The notes beneath the pieces are model-generated. The model searched no databases. It was not told the origin of the DNA and was given only the letters and a program-made list of their open reading frames with translations. 64,000 bases of DNA from an uncultured Winogradskyella sp. (GTDB taxonomy: Bacteria > Bacteroidota > Bacteroidia > Flavobacteriales > Flavobacteriaceae), in NCBI GenBank assembly GCA_913061495.1, contig CAJXVG010000001.1:26286-90285 (forward strand). The letters run 5' to 3'. Both the position numbers and the translations under genes were made by a program. Shown here piece by piece: positions 20,440 to 30,002 of this stretch; the stretch's first letter is position 1; each line of letters opens with the position of its first letter.

Positions 20440-20805
20440 TTAAGAGGCTTTGATTTTTTTTAAATATTTCTCAAACTTTAGGTTGTTGATTTTGGCAATT
20501 TCTTCGTTATAATACTCAGCAACGGTTTTCCTTGTCTTAGCAATTTTTAAAACTTCATCTGGTGATATTCTTTCATTATTTCCGTAAAGCTCAAATTGCG
20601 TCATTGCAATGATATTGGCTTGCTCTTTTTGTTTTTGATTTAATTTTTCAAATGCTTTAACCTGTTGCGATATTTGCTCATTTTTATAATCGAACATAAG
20701 TTTTTGGATTGAAGCTTTAAACAATTTAAAAACATACATTTTACCTAAACCTGTATCCCATGGATAACGGTTGTTATAACTATATATGTGAAATGGTAAA
20801 GCCAT
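20440..20805 (-). CDS. hypothetical protein
   Basis: ORF in operon context only. Confidence 0.4.
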   Translation of the reverse strand: MALPFHIYSYNNRYPWDTGLGKMYVFKLFKASIQKLMFDYKNEQISQQVKAFEKLNQKQKEQANIIAMTQFELYGNNERISPDEVLKIAKTRKTVAEYYNEEIAKINNLKFEKYLKKIKAS

Positions 20806-20808
20806 AAA

Positions 20809-21576
20809 TCATTTTTCACCACTGTGTAGATTGCTCATTCTGTTTTCTAAAATCTCGATTTTTTTATCTTGTGCTTTTAACAAATATTCCAACTCTATGA
20901 GTTTGTTTATTAAAAGCTCATTAGATAGATTTTTGTAATCTATGATTGTCTGAAAACTTTCTTTTACTTTAACGGGTTCTTTTTCATAGGGCAATAGTTG
21001 AATTAATGTAGCTTTTGTTTCTGTGGAGGTGTCATCCTCACTTTGGGATTTTCCGCCTCGACCTCTTAAATGGATGCTTACCAAATCTTCTTTGCCATTA
21101 CTGTAAAGCTCTACTTTTATGCCTTTAGTTTTAATAGGTTGCATATTTTCGGGTTTCCACTCATAGATGCCACTATCTATCCAGCCACCTACACCATAAT
21201 CAATAACTTCCCAGTCTTTTTCTTTTTTATAGCTGATTATCCAAGTAGTGTTAGGCTGTGGCTGGTTATCATAAGTACCACCAAAAGTGATATAATTGAT
21301 AAGCTTTTCTTCTTCCCACTCTACTTTCCACCAAAAGGGTTTTTGCTTTCCTAGATTTTCTTGAGATTTAACACCATATTCTGCCCACCTCGTTTCATTT
21401 TCGTAGTTGCCAGTCTTTGGATTGAAAAGAATATCGGTTGGCTTTCCACGTCCTTCAGAAACACTTCCGCTAACATTGGCATCTAGGGACAAAGCCAAGT
21501 TAACGGATGCATCTGGCTCATTTTGAGCGTAGGTTAAGCTTGTTAGGGTTAATGCTATTAGTATTAAATTTTTCAT
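20809..21576 (-). CDS. signal-peptide protein with jelly-roll/discoidin-like middle region and C-terminal coiled coil
   Basis: MKNLILIALTLTSLTYAQ leader. W/Y/G-rich beta domain. The C-terminal heptad region ends the ORF. Confidence 0.45.
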   Translation of the reverse strand: MKNLILIALTLTSLTYAQNEPDASVNLALSLDANVSGSVSEGRGKPTDILFNPKTGNYENETRWAEYGVKSQENLGKQKPFWWKVEWEEEKLINYITFGGTYDNQPQPNTTWIISYKKEKDWEVIDYGVGGWIDSGIYEWKPENMQPIKTKGIKVELYSNGKEDLVSIHLRGRGGKSQSEDDTSTETKATLIQLLPYEKEPVKVKESFQTIIDYKNLSNELLINKLIELEYLLKAQDKKIEILENRMSNLHSGEK

Positions 21577-21590
21577 AGTTATATAGATTT

Positions 21591-22499
21591 TTAAATTCCT
21601 CTTCCCAATGCTTCTTGAAAGGTCTGTACAGCGTTTAAAAGGTTAGTAGCTTCCGTGTCTGTCAAGCTTGACCCAACCGAACAAAACCTCCAATCAAAAG
21701 TGCCAATTGTAGAGCCTGTTCTGAATGAACCATCATCGTTCCAAGTATTAAATGCTAATTCTTCACTACTTATATCATTAGTACCTCTATCGCCAGTATT
21801 ATGTCCCAACTCAACACCATCCCTAAATACTTTAAAATTCGTTGGAGATGACCTTGTAGCTATCCAATAACCTAATGGATTACCACCATTGTTACCACCA
21901 ATCCTACCAGGAGGAGCGCAACATTCATAAACATCAAAAGCATAAGAGGACGTATTATAAGCTAGTTCAAAACTAAAACGGTCATCACTTCCACTTCTTG
22001 AGCCAAATGCAATTTCAGCGGAGTTTCTAGTAGGAGACGAACCCGCATAAACACTCATATGCATATCATCGGGTACACTCTCTTCATAAGGAATATAATT
22101 AGTATCTGCATATCTAGTGCCTTGACCCGCAAATCCGTTAGCTGTTGAAAAAGTGCCTCCACTACCTAACCAACTTAACCTAAATGCCTCATCTAGATTC
22201 CTAGGGTCTTTTAGATTGTATTTCATCATTTCAGCATTACTCCCAACTAACGGGTAAGCGAAATGTATTTTATCCCACAAACTTTGCGTTTTTAACCCCA
22301 CTACTAAATCATTGATAGCATCTTTAGTGGTTTGGGTTAAACTCCCGTGTGATTCAACCGCATTTATAAAAGCTTGTGCATCTGTATCATTTTGGCCTTC
22401 GTTATCGTATTGAGCCTTACTAGCTATTAACAGCATTTCGTGTTGGGAAAACCCCAAACTAAAAATAAATAAAACTAAAATTAAAATTACCCTTTTCAT
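21591..22499 (-). CDS. signal-peptide protein, tail-fibre/receptor-binding candidate
   Basis: Start trimmed to MKRVILILVLFIFSLGFSQ. G/S/N-rich beta-type domain. Confidence 0.45.
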   Translation of the reverse strand: MKRVILILVLFIFSLGFSQHEMLLIASKAQYDNEGQNDTDAQAFINAVESHGSLTQTTKDAINDLVVGLKTQSLWDKIHFAYPLVGSNAEMMKYNLKDPRNLDEAFRLSWLGSGGTFSTANGFAGQGTRYADTNYIPYEESVPDDMHMSVYAGSSPTRNSAEIAFGSRSGSDDRFSFELAYNTSSYAFDVYECCAPPGRIGGNNGGNPLGYWIATRSSPTNFKVFRDGVELGHNTGDRGTNDISSEELAFNTWNDDGSFRTGSTIGTFDWRFCSVGSSLTDTEATNLLNAVQTFQEALGRGI

Positions 22500-22510
22500 T
22501 TTTCTAAAAT

Positions 22511-23590
22511 TTAAAATTCGATAAACCAATATTTCCTCGTACCGTTGAAATCCTTTATACATAAAATCATATCTGTATTTGATATAAAACTCGCTGTGTT
22601 TGGGAATTTTGAAGCTCCCGTAACTGTTGGCTCGGTTGCACCATTATATAATATTTCAGCATAACCGCCAATACTAATATTAGTAAGAGTAAAAGTTGCG
22701 GCATTGGATGGAGTTGCTCCAAAATCAATCTGTGTTTCTCCTCCTAAATTTATAGCTGTAACATCTTCGTTTACTAAAGCGTTAAAATTTAAAAAAGTTC
22801 CATCGTGAAAATCACGTTCTCCATTTTTATTAAAAGTTATAATTGCACCGCTTGAGTCTTGTACTTGAAATGATGCGTTAGGTTCGTTGTTATCGGAATC
22901 AATTTCAAAACTTAAAAAAGCATCACTTTCAATTGTATATCCATTAGTTAATAAATTTTGTGTTAAAGAATGGTCTCCTAAATTATCAGAAACACCACCG
23001 CTTCCTCCTAAATCTAAACCGCTTAAATCAATTATACCTGTATTTTCACTTGCTGTTACTGTTGTTGTGCCATCGGTTACACCAACAGCAACCCAACCAT
23101 TGACAAAAGGAACGTTTAATGTTGTTGCAGATAGTTGATTTTCAGGATGAAATCTAAAGTTTTGTAATACCGATCCACTTGTATTTCCCGCATCATGAAC
23201 AGAAAATGAATAAAAATCATTGACTCTATTGGATGAAAAACCAAAAGCTGGTACGTCATTATTAAATATTCTAATACCACCGCCTACTGCTTTCCAATTA
23301 TATTCGTCACCATTAAATGGATTTTCAAACAAAAGGCCTCCCGTTCCCATATCTATATTATTGTTTCCTGTTGAATTTCCTTCTAATAAAACATCTTCTA
23401 AGTTTGGTGTAAAATCACTCACCTTAACATACTTCACCTTTCCTAAATCGGTTGAATCCCAAACCATAATTCGGGTATTTACACCAACAGGTGAAATCTC
23501 GTTTACTTCTTTTATTTTAACCGACTTAAAGCTTTGTCCGTAAGCCATGCTCACGAATAAAAATAACGCTATACTTAATATTTTTCTCAT
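22511..23590 (-). CDS. signal-peptide protein, tail-fibre/receptor-binding candidate
   Basis: MRKILSIALFLFVSMAYGQ leader. G/N/T-rich beta-type composition. Confidence 0.45.
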   Translation of the reverse strand: MRKILSIALFLFVSMAYGQSFKSVKIKEVNEISPVGVNTRIMVWDSTDLGKVKYVKVSDFTPNLEDVLLEGNSTGNNNIDMGTGGLLFENPFNGDEYNWKAVGGGIRIFNNDVPAFGFSSNRVNDFYSFSVHDAGNTSGSVLQNFRFHPENQLSATTLNVPFVNGWVAVGVTDGTTTVTASENTGIIDLSGLDLGGSGGVSDNLGDHSLTQNLLTNGYTIESDAFLSFEIDSDNNEPNASFQVQDSSGAIITFNKNGERDFHDGTFLNFNALVNEDVTAINLGGETQIDFGATPSNAATFTLTNISIGGYAEILYNGATEPTVTGASKFPNTASFISNTDMILCIKDFNGTRKYWFIEF

Positions 23591-23871
23591 TGTGTGTTGT
23601 AACTTAAAAGTTCTAATTCTAATATATTTCCATTGACACCTATTATTAAATAAGTGCCCAATATCTGTTCTTTTATCTTGAAACCATCTTCTGTAACTCC
23701 TACCAAATAATCACCTTCTTCGTGTTTATTGGATTCGTTACCCAAACCTTTGTAGTGTGTAAACTCATTGGCTTTTATAATGTTTGAGTTGCGCCTGAAT
23801 ATCTTTAAAAAAGCTTCCCAAAGGTTTGTTTCTATTTCTACTATCATGTTATCGGTGTTATGTCCTGCCAT
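23587..23871 (-). CDS. hypothetical protein, paralogous to the N-terminus of the upstream gene
   Basis: Shares the module GN-S-----EGDYLVGVTEDGF with 23844..24914 (GN-S-----PGDYITGVVEDTF). Confidence 0.4.
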   Translation of the reverse strand: MAGHNTDNMIVEIETNLWEAFLKIFRRNSNIIKANEFTHYKGLGNESNKHEEGDYLVGVTEDGFKIKEQILGTYLIIGVNGNILELELLSYNTQ

Positions 23872-24914
23872 TGTAACAGGTCTAAATTGCTGATGTCGCT
23901 CTGGTCGCCGCCTAAGTATTGCGCAAAATTCACTATAAGCGTGTTGCTGTGGGCGTAAGCGGTTATAAAATCATATTGCTCTAATCCGCTTCCTGTGTTG
24001 TCTGGGTGCTTAATTAAGCCCGCTTTTTTGTTGTTGTAGGTGAAATTGCTACTACCAATAACCTGTGGCAATCCCAACTGAAGCACATCACCTTCGATTA
24101 AATCTGCTGTTGGTATATCGTTGCTGAACTCTACACGTACAAGCGTGTCATCTTCTACCAAGATTATATCCGATACTTCACCGTAAATCTGTTTGTTCCT
24201 TGTGGTGTTGGCGAACTTAAAGGCAATGGCTGTGTCTACATCAAATAACTGTTTGTCCTTTAACAGGTAATTTGAGTAGCTATAATCAAATACAAGGGCT
24301 GTGATGTTTCCGTCCGCTTCTTCTGCGAACACATCGCCTGCGTCTATGTTGTTGTAGTTTGGAAGTGTTTCGGCTTTTACCCTTACTACCTTTGTTTGCC
24401 AATCTGCATTTATATTAGCTATATCAGCTTCATTTAATCTTATGTAATCCTGCTGAAGATTTTCATTTTCAGTTCCTAAAAACAGATAAACACCTTCACC
24501 TTCTTCTATTTCATCATCATCAGATGCATCGGTAACCAGATAATATTTTTTAAAGTTTTGATTTTCTTGGTCAGCCAATAAAGCCGTTATATTTTCATAA
24601 GTCTGTTCTGGTTCATTAGGATTTGATGCATCCCCTGGAATTAAATAGCTAGATAAAAGTTGTATGTTGCCACCAAGATAAATCCCATCCCTAAAAAAAG
24701 TATCTTCAACAACACCGGTTATGTAATCTCCAGGCTCCTGGCTTTCGGAAATATTTCCACTAGCCTTAAAATTCTGCAGTCTGCCAAATTCAAATATGCT
24801 GATTCGCTTTACAATCCAAGTAAGTAAAGCCCTCATATTAGAAGACTTTACATTATTTGGAATACCAGTTTTTATAAACTGGCCAATATTGGATAGTATC
24901 TGCTGTACTGTCAT
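23844..24914 (-). CDS. hypothetical virion/tail-fibre-like protein
   Basis: Operon context only, plus the shared N-terminal module with the 94-aa neighbour. Confidence 0.4.
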   Translation of the reverse strand: MTVQQILSNIGQFIKTGIPNNVKSSNMRALLTWIVKRISIFEFGRLQNFKASGNISESQEPGDYITGVVEDTFFRDGIYLGGNIQLLSSYLIPGDASNPNEPEQTYENITALLADQENQNFKKYYLVTDASDDDEIEEGEGVYLFLGTENENLQQDYIRLNEADIANINADWQTKVVRVKAETLPNYNNIDAGDVFAEEADGNITALVFDYSYSNYLLKDKQLFDVDTAIAFKFANTTRNKQIYGEVSDIILVEDDTLVRVEFSNDIPTADLIEGDVLQLGLPQVIGSSNFTYNNKKAGLIKHPDNTGSGLEQYDFITAYAHSNTLIVNFAQYLGGDQSDISNLDLLQWQDITPIT

Positions 24915-24984
24915 TATTAAGAACGTTTTAATTAAGCAAAATCAATATCGAAATCGCTGTCAAAATCACCCTATAAAGAGGGTT

Positions 24985-25587
24985 CTAAAAATTTACAGTA
25001 CCTGCTAATGGGAAGTTAGCTCTTGGTGGATCAATTTTATCCTCCCAAGTCACAGTTCCCACATACTTTTCAATCTCCCCGGCTCCTCTAGCTTGAATCA
25101 GGTTAAGGATCATCTGTCCCTTAACACCACAAATTCCACCATAGACCAAACCTGCTCTTGTAACATACCATAATTTATAGGTTGCGTTACAGGCTGTTGA
25201 ACGAGCAAACTCATAATTGACTTCATTAGTTTCATCAATTTCAACATTTAAGGTGTGGGTCTTACCTGTTTGGATAGTACGATTCCCAGAAACAACCCTT
25301 GTCTGCACTTCAGGAGCTGGTTTATCACCAACTACCCTAATCATACGAATTGTATCATCTGGGTCTGGTGGTGTTTCAGCTGCAATCTGTGCAATACGTG
25401 TAGTCCATTCGGTTAAATCCTCGACGTCTGCAAAATCTGCAGCGTCTGATTTGGCAACAGCCAACCACTCAATTTCTGATTCGTTGTTCTCAGGAGAACA
25501 ATCATCAAACTTTACTGTGGGTAATTGTTGTTCATCGCAATTTTCTGGACAAAGCGTATCTGTATCGTTGCATTGTACATTTGCCAT
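24985..25587 (-). CDS. hypothetical structural protein (first gene of the leftward late operon)
   Basis: ORF with higher GC than its surroundings. No motif recognised. Confidence 0.4.
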   Translation of the reverse strand: MANVQCNDTDTLCPENCDEQQLPTVKFDDCSPENNESEIEWLAVAKSDAADFADVEDLTEWTTRIAQIAAETPPDPDDTIRMIRVVGDKPAPEVQTRVVSGNRTIQTGKTHTLNVEIDETNEVNYEFARSTACNATYKLWYVTRAGLVYGGICGVKGQMILNLIQARGAGEIEKYVGTVTWEDKIDPPRANFPLAGTVNF

Positions 25588-25739
25588 AATAGTAGCATTT
25601 TTAATTAATAATTCGATTATTATGACTTTTGTTGAGACGTCATGGCCTCCTGCTTTTTTCCTAGTACGGAAATGAATTCTTCAAAAGAAATGAAGTTAAG
25701 TTCGTCTGAGTGAACCATTCTCCTAAATCATACACATAG

Positions 25740-25786
25740 CAAATATAACAAAAAGAACTTATAGATTTCTTTTTTTTGTAGATTTG
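25740..25786. promoter_or_regulatory. divergent late-promoter element, copy 1: AT hairpin flanked by outward-facing -7 boxes
   Basis: Arms AAAAAGAA/TTCTTTTT (25750-25757 / 25767-25774) with 9-nt loop CTTATAGAT. TAGATTTG at 25779-25786 (+) and TATATTTG at 25740-25747 (-). Confidence 0.55.
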
Positions 25787-25799
25787 TAAAAAACTCACC

Positions 25800-27590
25800 A
25801 TGGATTCTCAAGCTGCAAAAGACATCATCCAAGACCATATTGTCAACGGAACCAAACACGCCAACTATAAAAAAGTATGTGATATATCAGATGATTACCA
25901 TGCCTATATTGTTAATGAACCAGACAGCAAAGGAGAGTATCCGCTAAATAAAAAACTCAAACAATTTGTAAGGCGAGAGGATGAAGATCTCTTTGAACAG
26001 CGAAAGAATTTAACCAAGCATTATACTCCTTCAATTTGTGCCCAAATCATAAGGATGTATAACAAAGTCACCAGGTCCAATCGTGTAATAAAATTGATTG
26101 ACCATATAGAAGCCTCGAAAGTTGAGGAAATTGAAGATAAGATAAATGCGTTTTTTGGTGAAGCAGATAATGATGGCATTGAGCAATTTTTAAACGAACG
26201 ATTTAAAGCACTTACCTTTGTAGATCCAAACGCATGGATACTTACTACGTTCAAGCCTTTTGATGGTAAAAAAGAAACTCCACAGACATATCCTCACGAA
26301 TACTCATGCAAGGATGTGGTTAATTTTTGTGTAGAAAACCAAAAAACAAAGTGGGTTTTAATAGCTATGGATTACAACTACACAACCAAGGAAGACAAAT
26401 CCAAAAAAGCAAAACGGTATTTGTTTTTTGACAGTATGAATTCCTATGAATACAAGGAACTTCCTAAAGACATAAAGGATCAACCTAAGGGCAATAATGT
26501 GAGTTACTGGATCGAAGATAAAAAGAAAACTAAATTTGCCGTTTTCACATATTCCCACAAAAGCGAAAAAGTACCTTTGATGCGCGTTGGCTATATTTCA
26601 GACAAAGCCACAAATGGAGCAACTTTTGTGAATCCATTTCATTATGAAGCACTTCCCTTATTGGAACAATTTATCAAAGTGTCTTCTGAGTTTCAGTTGG
26701 GAATCACACTTCATGTTTTTCCTAAACAAATATCTTATGTTGATCAATGTGATGCTAGAGGTTGTGCCAATGGTGTGATGTTGGATGGTAAAGAATGTGA
26801 GGTTTGCCAGGGCACCGGAAAGAAACACCATTCCACAGCTGCAGACATGCAAGAAATACCTATGCCTAAACGCTTGGAAGATTTAGTAGACGTTTCAAAG
26901 CTCTCTTCTTATGTTGAGTTTCCTGGTAACGTTATGGAGTTCTTGGACAAATTTGTTGATAAGGTAGAAAAGAAAATATTGAGAATGGTTTTCAACACCG
27001 AAAGCCTGGTACAAACACAATTCAACACAGCTACAGAAGCTGAGATAGATATGGATTCTGTTTACGATACTCTTAGCCCTTTTGGTGAGAAATATAGCGA
27101 AATGTGGATGTTCATTGTAAAACTGCAAATTTTTTACATGGGCATTAAAGATGCTACAGTATGGCATAAATTTCCTAGTGACCTGAAGCTTAAGTCCATG
27201 AAACAATTGTTGGAGGAGCTTAAAACTGCAAATGACAGCAATGCACCATCTTATGTCAAAGAATCCATTAACAGTGATATTATGGATATCATATATGCCG
27301 ATGACCACACCGAACTGGCTAAACTCAAGATAAAAAACAGACATTTTCCTTTTCCTGGAAAATCTGATTTTGAGATACAGAACATTATTCTCAATAATTT
27401 AACCACACAGTTCAACCAGGTACTTTATGCGAATTTTGATAACGTTTTTGATAGCCTAGAAACCAAACAAAGCAATTTCTATGAATTGGCTTACGCTAAA
27501 CAAAAGAATCTAATAAAAATTGAGGTAGAGGAAATCATTAAAGCTCTGGGTGGAAACAACAACGTTCCTGTACTGGATTTAACGGCTTAG
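25800..27590 (+). CDS. portal-like protein (positional call) with embedded CxxCxGxG zinc-finger motif
   Basis: Largest and first gene of the head module, upstream of the gp7-like gene. Cys cluster CDARGC...CEVCQGTG. Confidence 0.45.
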   Translation: MDSQAAKDIIQDHIVNGTKHANYKKVCDISDDYHAYIVNEPDSKGEYPLNKKLKQFVRREDEDLFEQRKNLTKHYTPSICAQIIRMYNKVTRSNRVIKLIDHIEASKVEEIEDKINAFFGEADNDGIEQFLNERFKALTFVDPNAWILTTFKPFDGKKETPQTYPHEYSCKDVVNFCVENQKTKWVLIAMDYNYTTKEDKSKKAKRYLFFDSMNSYEYKELPKDIKDQPKGNNVSYWIEDKKKTKFAVFTYSHKSEKVPLMRVGYISDKATNGATFVNPFHYEALPLLEQFIKVSSEFQLGITLHVFPKQISYVDQCDARGCANGVMLDGKECEVCQGTGKKHHSTAADMQEIPMPKRLEDLVDVSKLSSYVEFPGNVMEFLDKFVDKVEKKILRMVFNTESLVQTQFNTATEAEIDMDSVYDTLSPFGEKYSEMWMFIVKLQIFYMGIKDATVWHKFPSDLKLKSMKQLLEELKTANDSNAPSYVKESINSDIMDIIYADDHTELAKLKIKNRHFPFPGKSDFEIQNIILNNLTTQFNQVLYANFDNVFDSLETKQSNFYELAYAKQKNLIKIEVEEIIKALGGNNNVPVLDLTA

Positions 27591-27591
27591 T

Positions 27592-27960
27592 ATGGAATTC
27601 CCAAAGGTAGATATAGATAAAATTGACTTAATTGATTCTGAATATGAAAACAAATCAGGCTATGTTTGGAGTGCATTGAAACTTATTGAGGCCTCAAAGG
27701 GTCTCCCTGTATTTAATATACCATTGGCAAGTATAGACCTATCTTTTTTACCTTTTAGAGTTGATAATATGCATGATCTTTTGTTTCAAATGAATCGTGT
27801 TAAGAATACTGATTTGAAGTATCCAATAATATTAGACGACCACGGTGTAGTTGCGGATGGTTATCATAGGATTTTAAAAGCCATTTATTTAGGAAAAACC
27901 ACAATAAAGGCTGTCAGGTTAAACACCATGCCTGATGCCGATAGCAAAAGAGATGTATAG
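27592..27960 (+). CDS. small ParB/sulfiredoxin-like domain protein
   Basis: PIILDDHGVVADGYHRILKAIYLGKTTIKAVRL matches the ParB N-domain DGxHR core. Confidence 0.5.
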   Translation: MEFPKVDIDKIDLIDSEYENKSGYVWSALKLIEASKGLPVFNIPLASIDLSFLPFRVDNMHDLLFQMNRVKNTDLKYPIILDDHGVVADGYHRILKAIYLGKTTIKAVRLNTMPDADSKRDV

Positions 27961-27962
27961 TT

Positions 27963-28355
27963 ATGAGCATGTTAGAATTCGAAGAAGTAATTAAGGACAA
28001 AGTTGTTGATGAGCGCCAGATCCAACAAGAATCTAAAAAAGAAATTATAGGAAGTATAGTTCCTAAACGCGGACATACACTCTACGAAATAAATTTAAAG
28101 GAACATACAATTGAGCCTGCAGAATTTGAAGATCAGTCAGTACCATTTAAACAAGTTTCTGAAAAACCAACGTCCAAGGGTTTGGGTTTACAAACCAATA
28201 AAAACGGTTCAAAAAAAATTGTACTTGATGGTTTGCCTTCGGTTAGAAAAGTATTGATCAGAAAAAAGAACTGTATTTATATCTCGGCCCTAAACTACAA
28301 AAACGTTAAGAAGAAACTTATTAAGCGTGGTGTAATCAAGATCGTAAAGAAATGA
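27963..28355 (+). CDS. hypothetical basic protein
   Basis: ORF in operon context only. Confidence 0.4.
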   Translation: MSMLEFEEVIKDKVVDERQIQQESKKEIIGSIVPKRGHTLYEINLKEHTIEPAEFEDQSVPFKQVSEKPTSKGLGLQTNKNGSKKIVLDGLPSVRKVLIRKKNCIYISALNYKNVKKKLIKRGVIKIVKK

Positions 28356-28487
28356 AAAGAGGCCCTCAGTTCAACTGCCAAAATGAACCTAGCTACTCAG
28401 ATCATGAAACCGTTCTTTTTTCTATAAGACACCCAGACTACTTTATGGATTCAGATTGTAACATACTAAAATTTGAAGATTTAGATA

Positions 28488-29387
28488 ATGCAAGATCCTA
28501 AAAAAATACAGAAGCTCTCGAGGGAGAAGGCAATGAAGCTCGATAAACTGATTGATGCTGTTGAACGTAGAATTGCCCAATCACAAAATGACCTGGCCAA
28601 AAGCGTTTTAAAAGATTTCCTAGAACAGCTGAACATAAAGCGTGGACGTGTTGAGGAAATACAGAACCGAAGAACCACAACGCTCTTCAATAAGGCCTAT
28701 GCAGATTTTACCAAAACAAGCAAGGCAGAGCTTGTTAAGTCCATAATAATTGACATCAATAATATTTTAGAAGAAAACGGTAAATTTTACCGGACCACAG
28801 CAAATGCCACTAAGGCAACTGAAATAGACCTGAAACGGATTGTCAACAGAAGACTTGGTATTGATAGTGACGGCTCGCTTTTAAAAAACGGATATATGAG
28901 CGGTGTTCTGGACGACACCAATGTAAAGTTAGACCTTCAGCGTTATGTATTTAAAGAAATGCTCAAAGGTGTAGGATATGAGGCCTTGAAAGAAGGTATA
29001 GAGATGAAAATCAAAGGTGAACCTGAAAAACTTGGTGTTTTCGAGAAACATTACAAAACCTTCAGTTACGATGTCTATGCTCAACTCAATGGTTTTACAT
29101 CCAAATTATATGCTGATAAGTTGGGTCTTGAACATTTTATATACCAAGGAGGCATTATTGAAACCTCGAGAAAGTTCTGCAAAAAAAGAAATGGGAAAGT
29201 CTTTAGCACTGAAGAAGCAGAAAAATGGAAGGATGATCCTGACCTAAAAGCCATACCAAACAGGGAAACTTATAAATGGTTTATTGACAGAGGTGGCTAT
29301 AATTGCAGGCATGATCCTGATTTTATCGTTAAGGAGGTGGCTTACGCTTTAAGACCAGATCTGAGAGAGATAGAATCCAACGCATAA
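28488..29387 (+). CDS. head morphogenesis protein (SPP1 gp7 / Mu F-like)
   Basis: Position after the portal-like gene. C-terminal GGYNCRHD resembles the conserved Cys-containing end of the gp7/MuF family. Confidence 0.55.
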   Translation: MQDPKKIQKLSREKAMKLDKLIDAVERRIAQSQNDLAKSVLKDFLEQLNIKRGRVEEIQNRRTTTLFNKAYADFTKTSKAELVKSIIIDINNILEENGKFYRTTANATKATEIDLKRIVNRRLGIDSDGSLLKNGYMSGVLDDTNVKLDLQRYVFKEMLKGVGYEALKEGIEMKIKGEPEKLGVFEKHYKTFSYDVYAQLNGFTSKLYADKLGLEHFIYQGGIIETSRKFCKKRNGKVFSTEEAEKWKDDPDLKAIPNRETYKWFIDRGGYNCRHDPDFIVKEVAYALRPDLREIESNA

Positions 29388-29418
29388 AAAAAAGCAGTCC
29401 AGAAACGGGCTGCTTTTT
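29387..29418 (+). terminator. intrinsic terminator
   Basis: Stem AGCAGTCC/GGGCTGCT (8 bp, one G-U), loop AGAAAC, then a T-run (T5 including the last stem base, 29414-29418). Confidence 0.7.
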
Positions 29419-29457
29419 CAACTCTAAAATAACACTATAAAACCAATACCAATACTT

Positions 29458-29540
29458 AAATATAACAAAAAAGAACTTATAAATTTCTTTTTATATATTT
29501 GTAACACTTCTGGAGCTTGCCTAGCTCAACAACATGGCAA
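29458..29540 (+). promoter_or_regulatory. late-promoter element, copy 2 (hairpin plus TATATTTG) with conserved leader
   Basis: Hairpin at 29468-29492 and -7 box at 29494-29501. The leader CTGGAGC...AGCTCAACAA recurs upstream of the tape measure gene. Confidence 0.55.
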
Positions 29541-29570
29541 ATACATATTGTTTAATTAATATTTATTGCT

Positions 29571-30002
29571 ATGGGCAAAAAAGATTCAAACGTAAAGTTA
29601 AAACGTAACGGTGTTGAAAAGTCAATACCGAAAAACCAATGGGATGCCATGAAAAAAAGTGGCAATACCTATGGATGGCACCTTGCTTCTGAAGTTTCCA
29701 AAGACACTTTAAAAAAAGAAGGTCAGGTTGAAAACAACCAGATCAAGGAGCTTACGTCCAAGGTTGAAGGGTTGGAGAAAAAAAACGGTGACCTTCAAAA
29801 AAAGGTTGATGGTTATGCAACCGAAAACAGTGATTTGAAAGAAACCATCACTGGTAAAGACAACCAGATCAAGGAGCTTCAATCTAATATTGATGGGTTG
29901 GAGGCTTTGAAAAAGGAACAAGCAGATCTTTTAGCAGAGCATGTGAAAGGGACTCCAAAAAGTGAAGTAAAGGCCAAGGATGATTCTAAAAAATCTAAGT
30001 AA
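29571..30002 (+). CDS. coiled-coil protein with internal 42-aa repeat
   Basis: NQIKEL-S-V/I-GLE occurs twice. A 20-nt exact DNA repeat lies at 29734-29753 and 29860-29879. Confidence 0.5.
   Translation: MGKKDSNVKLKRNGVEKSIPKNQWDAMKKSGNTYGWHLASEVSKDTLKKEGQVENNQIKELTSKVEGLEKKNGDLQKKVDGYATENSDLKETITGKDNQIKELQSNIDGLEALKKEQADLLAEHVKGTPKSEVKAKDDSKKSK

Noticed and set aside
24985-25587. Calling this 200-aa protein the major tail tube protein
   Set aside because: I have only a vague size and position impression, no motif support, and the gene is in a different operon from the chaperone and tape measure.
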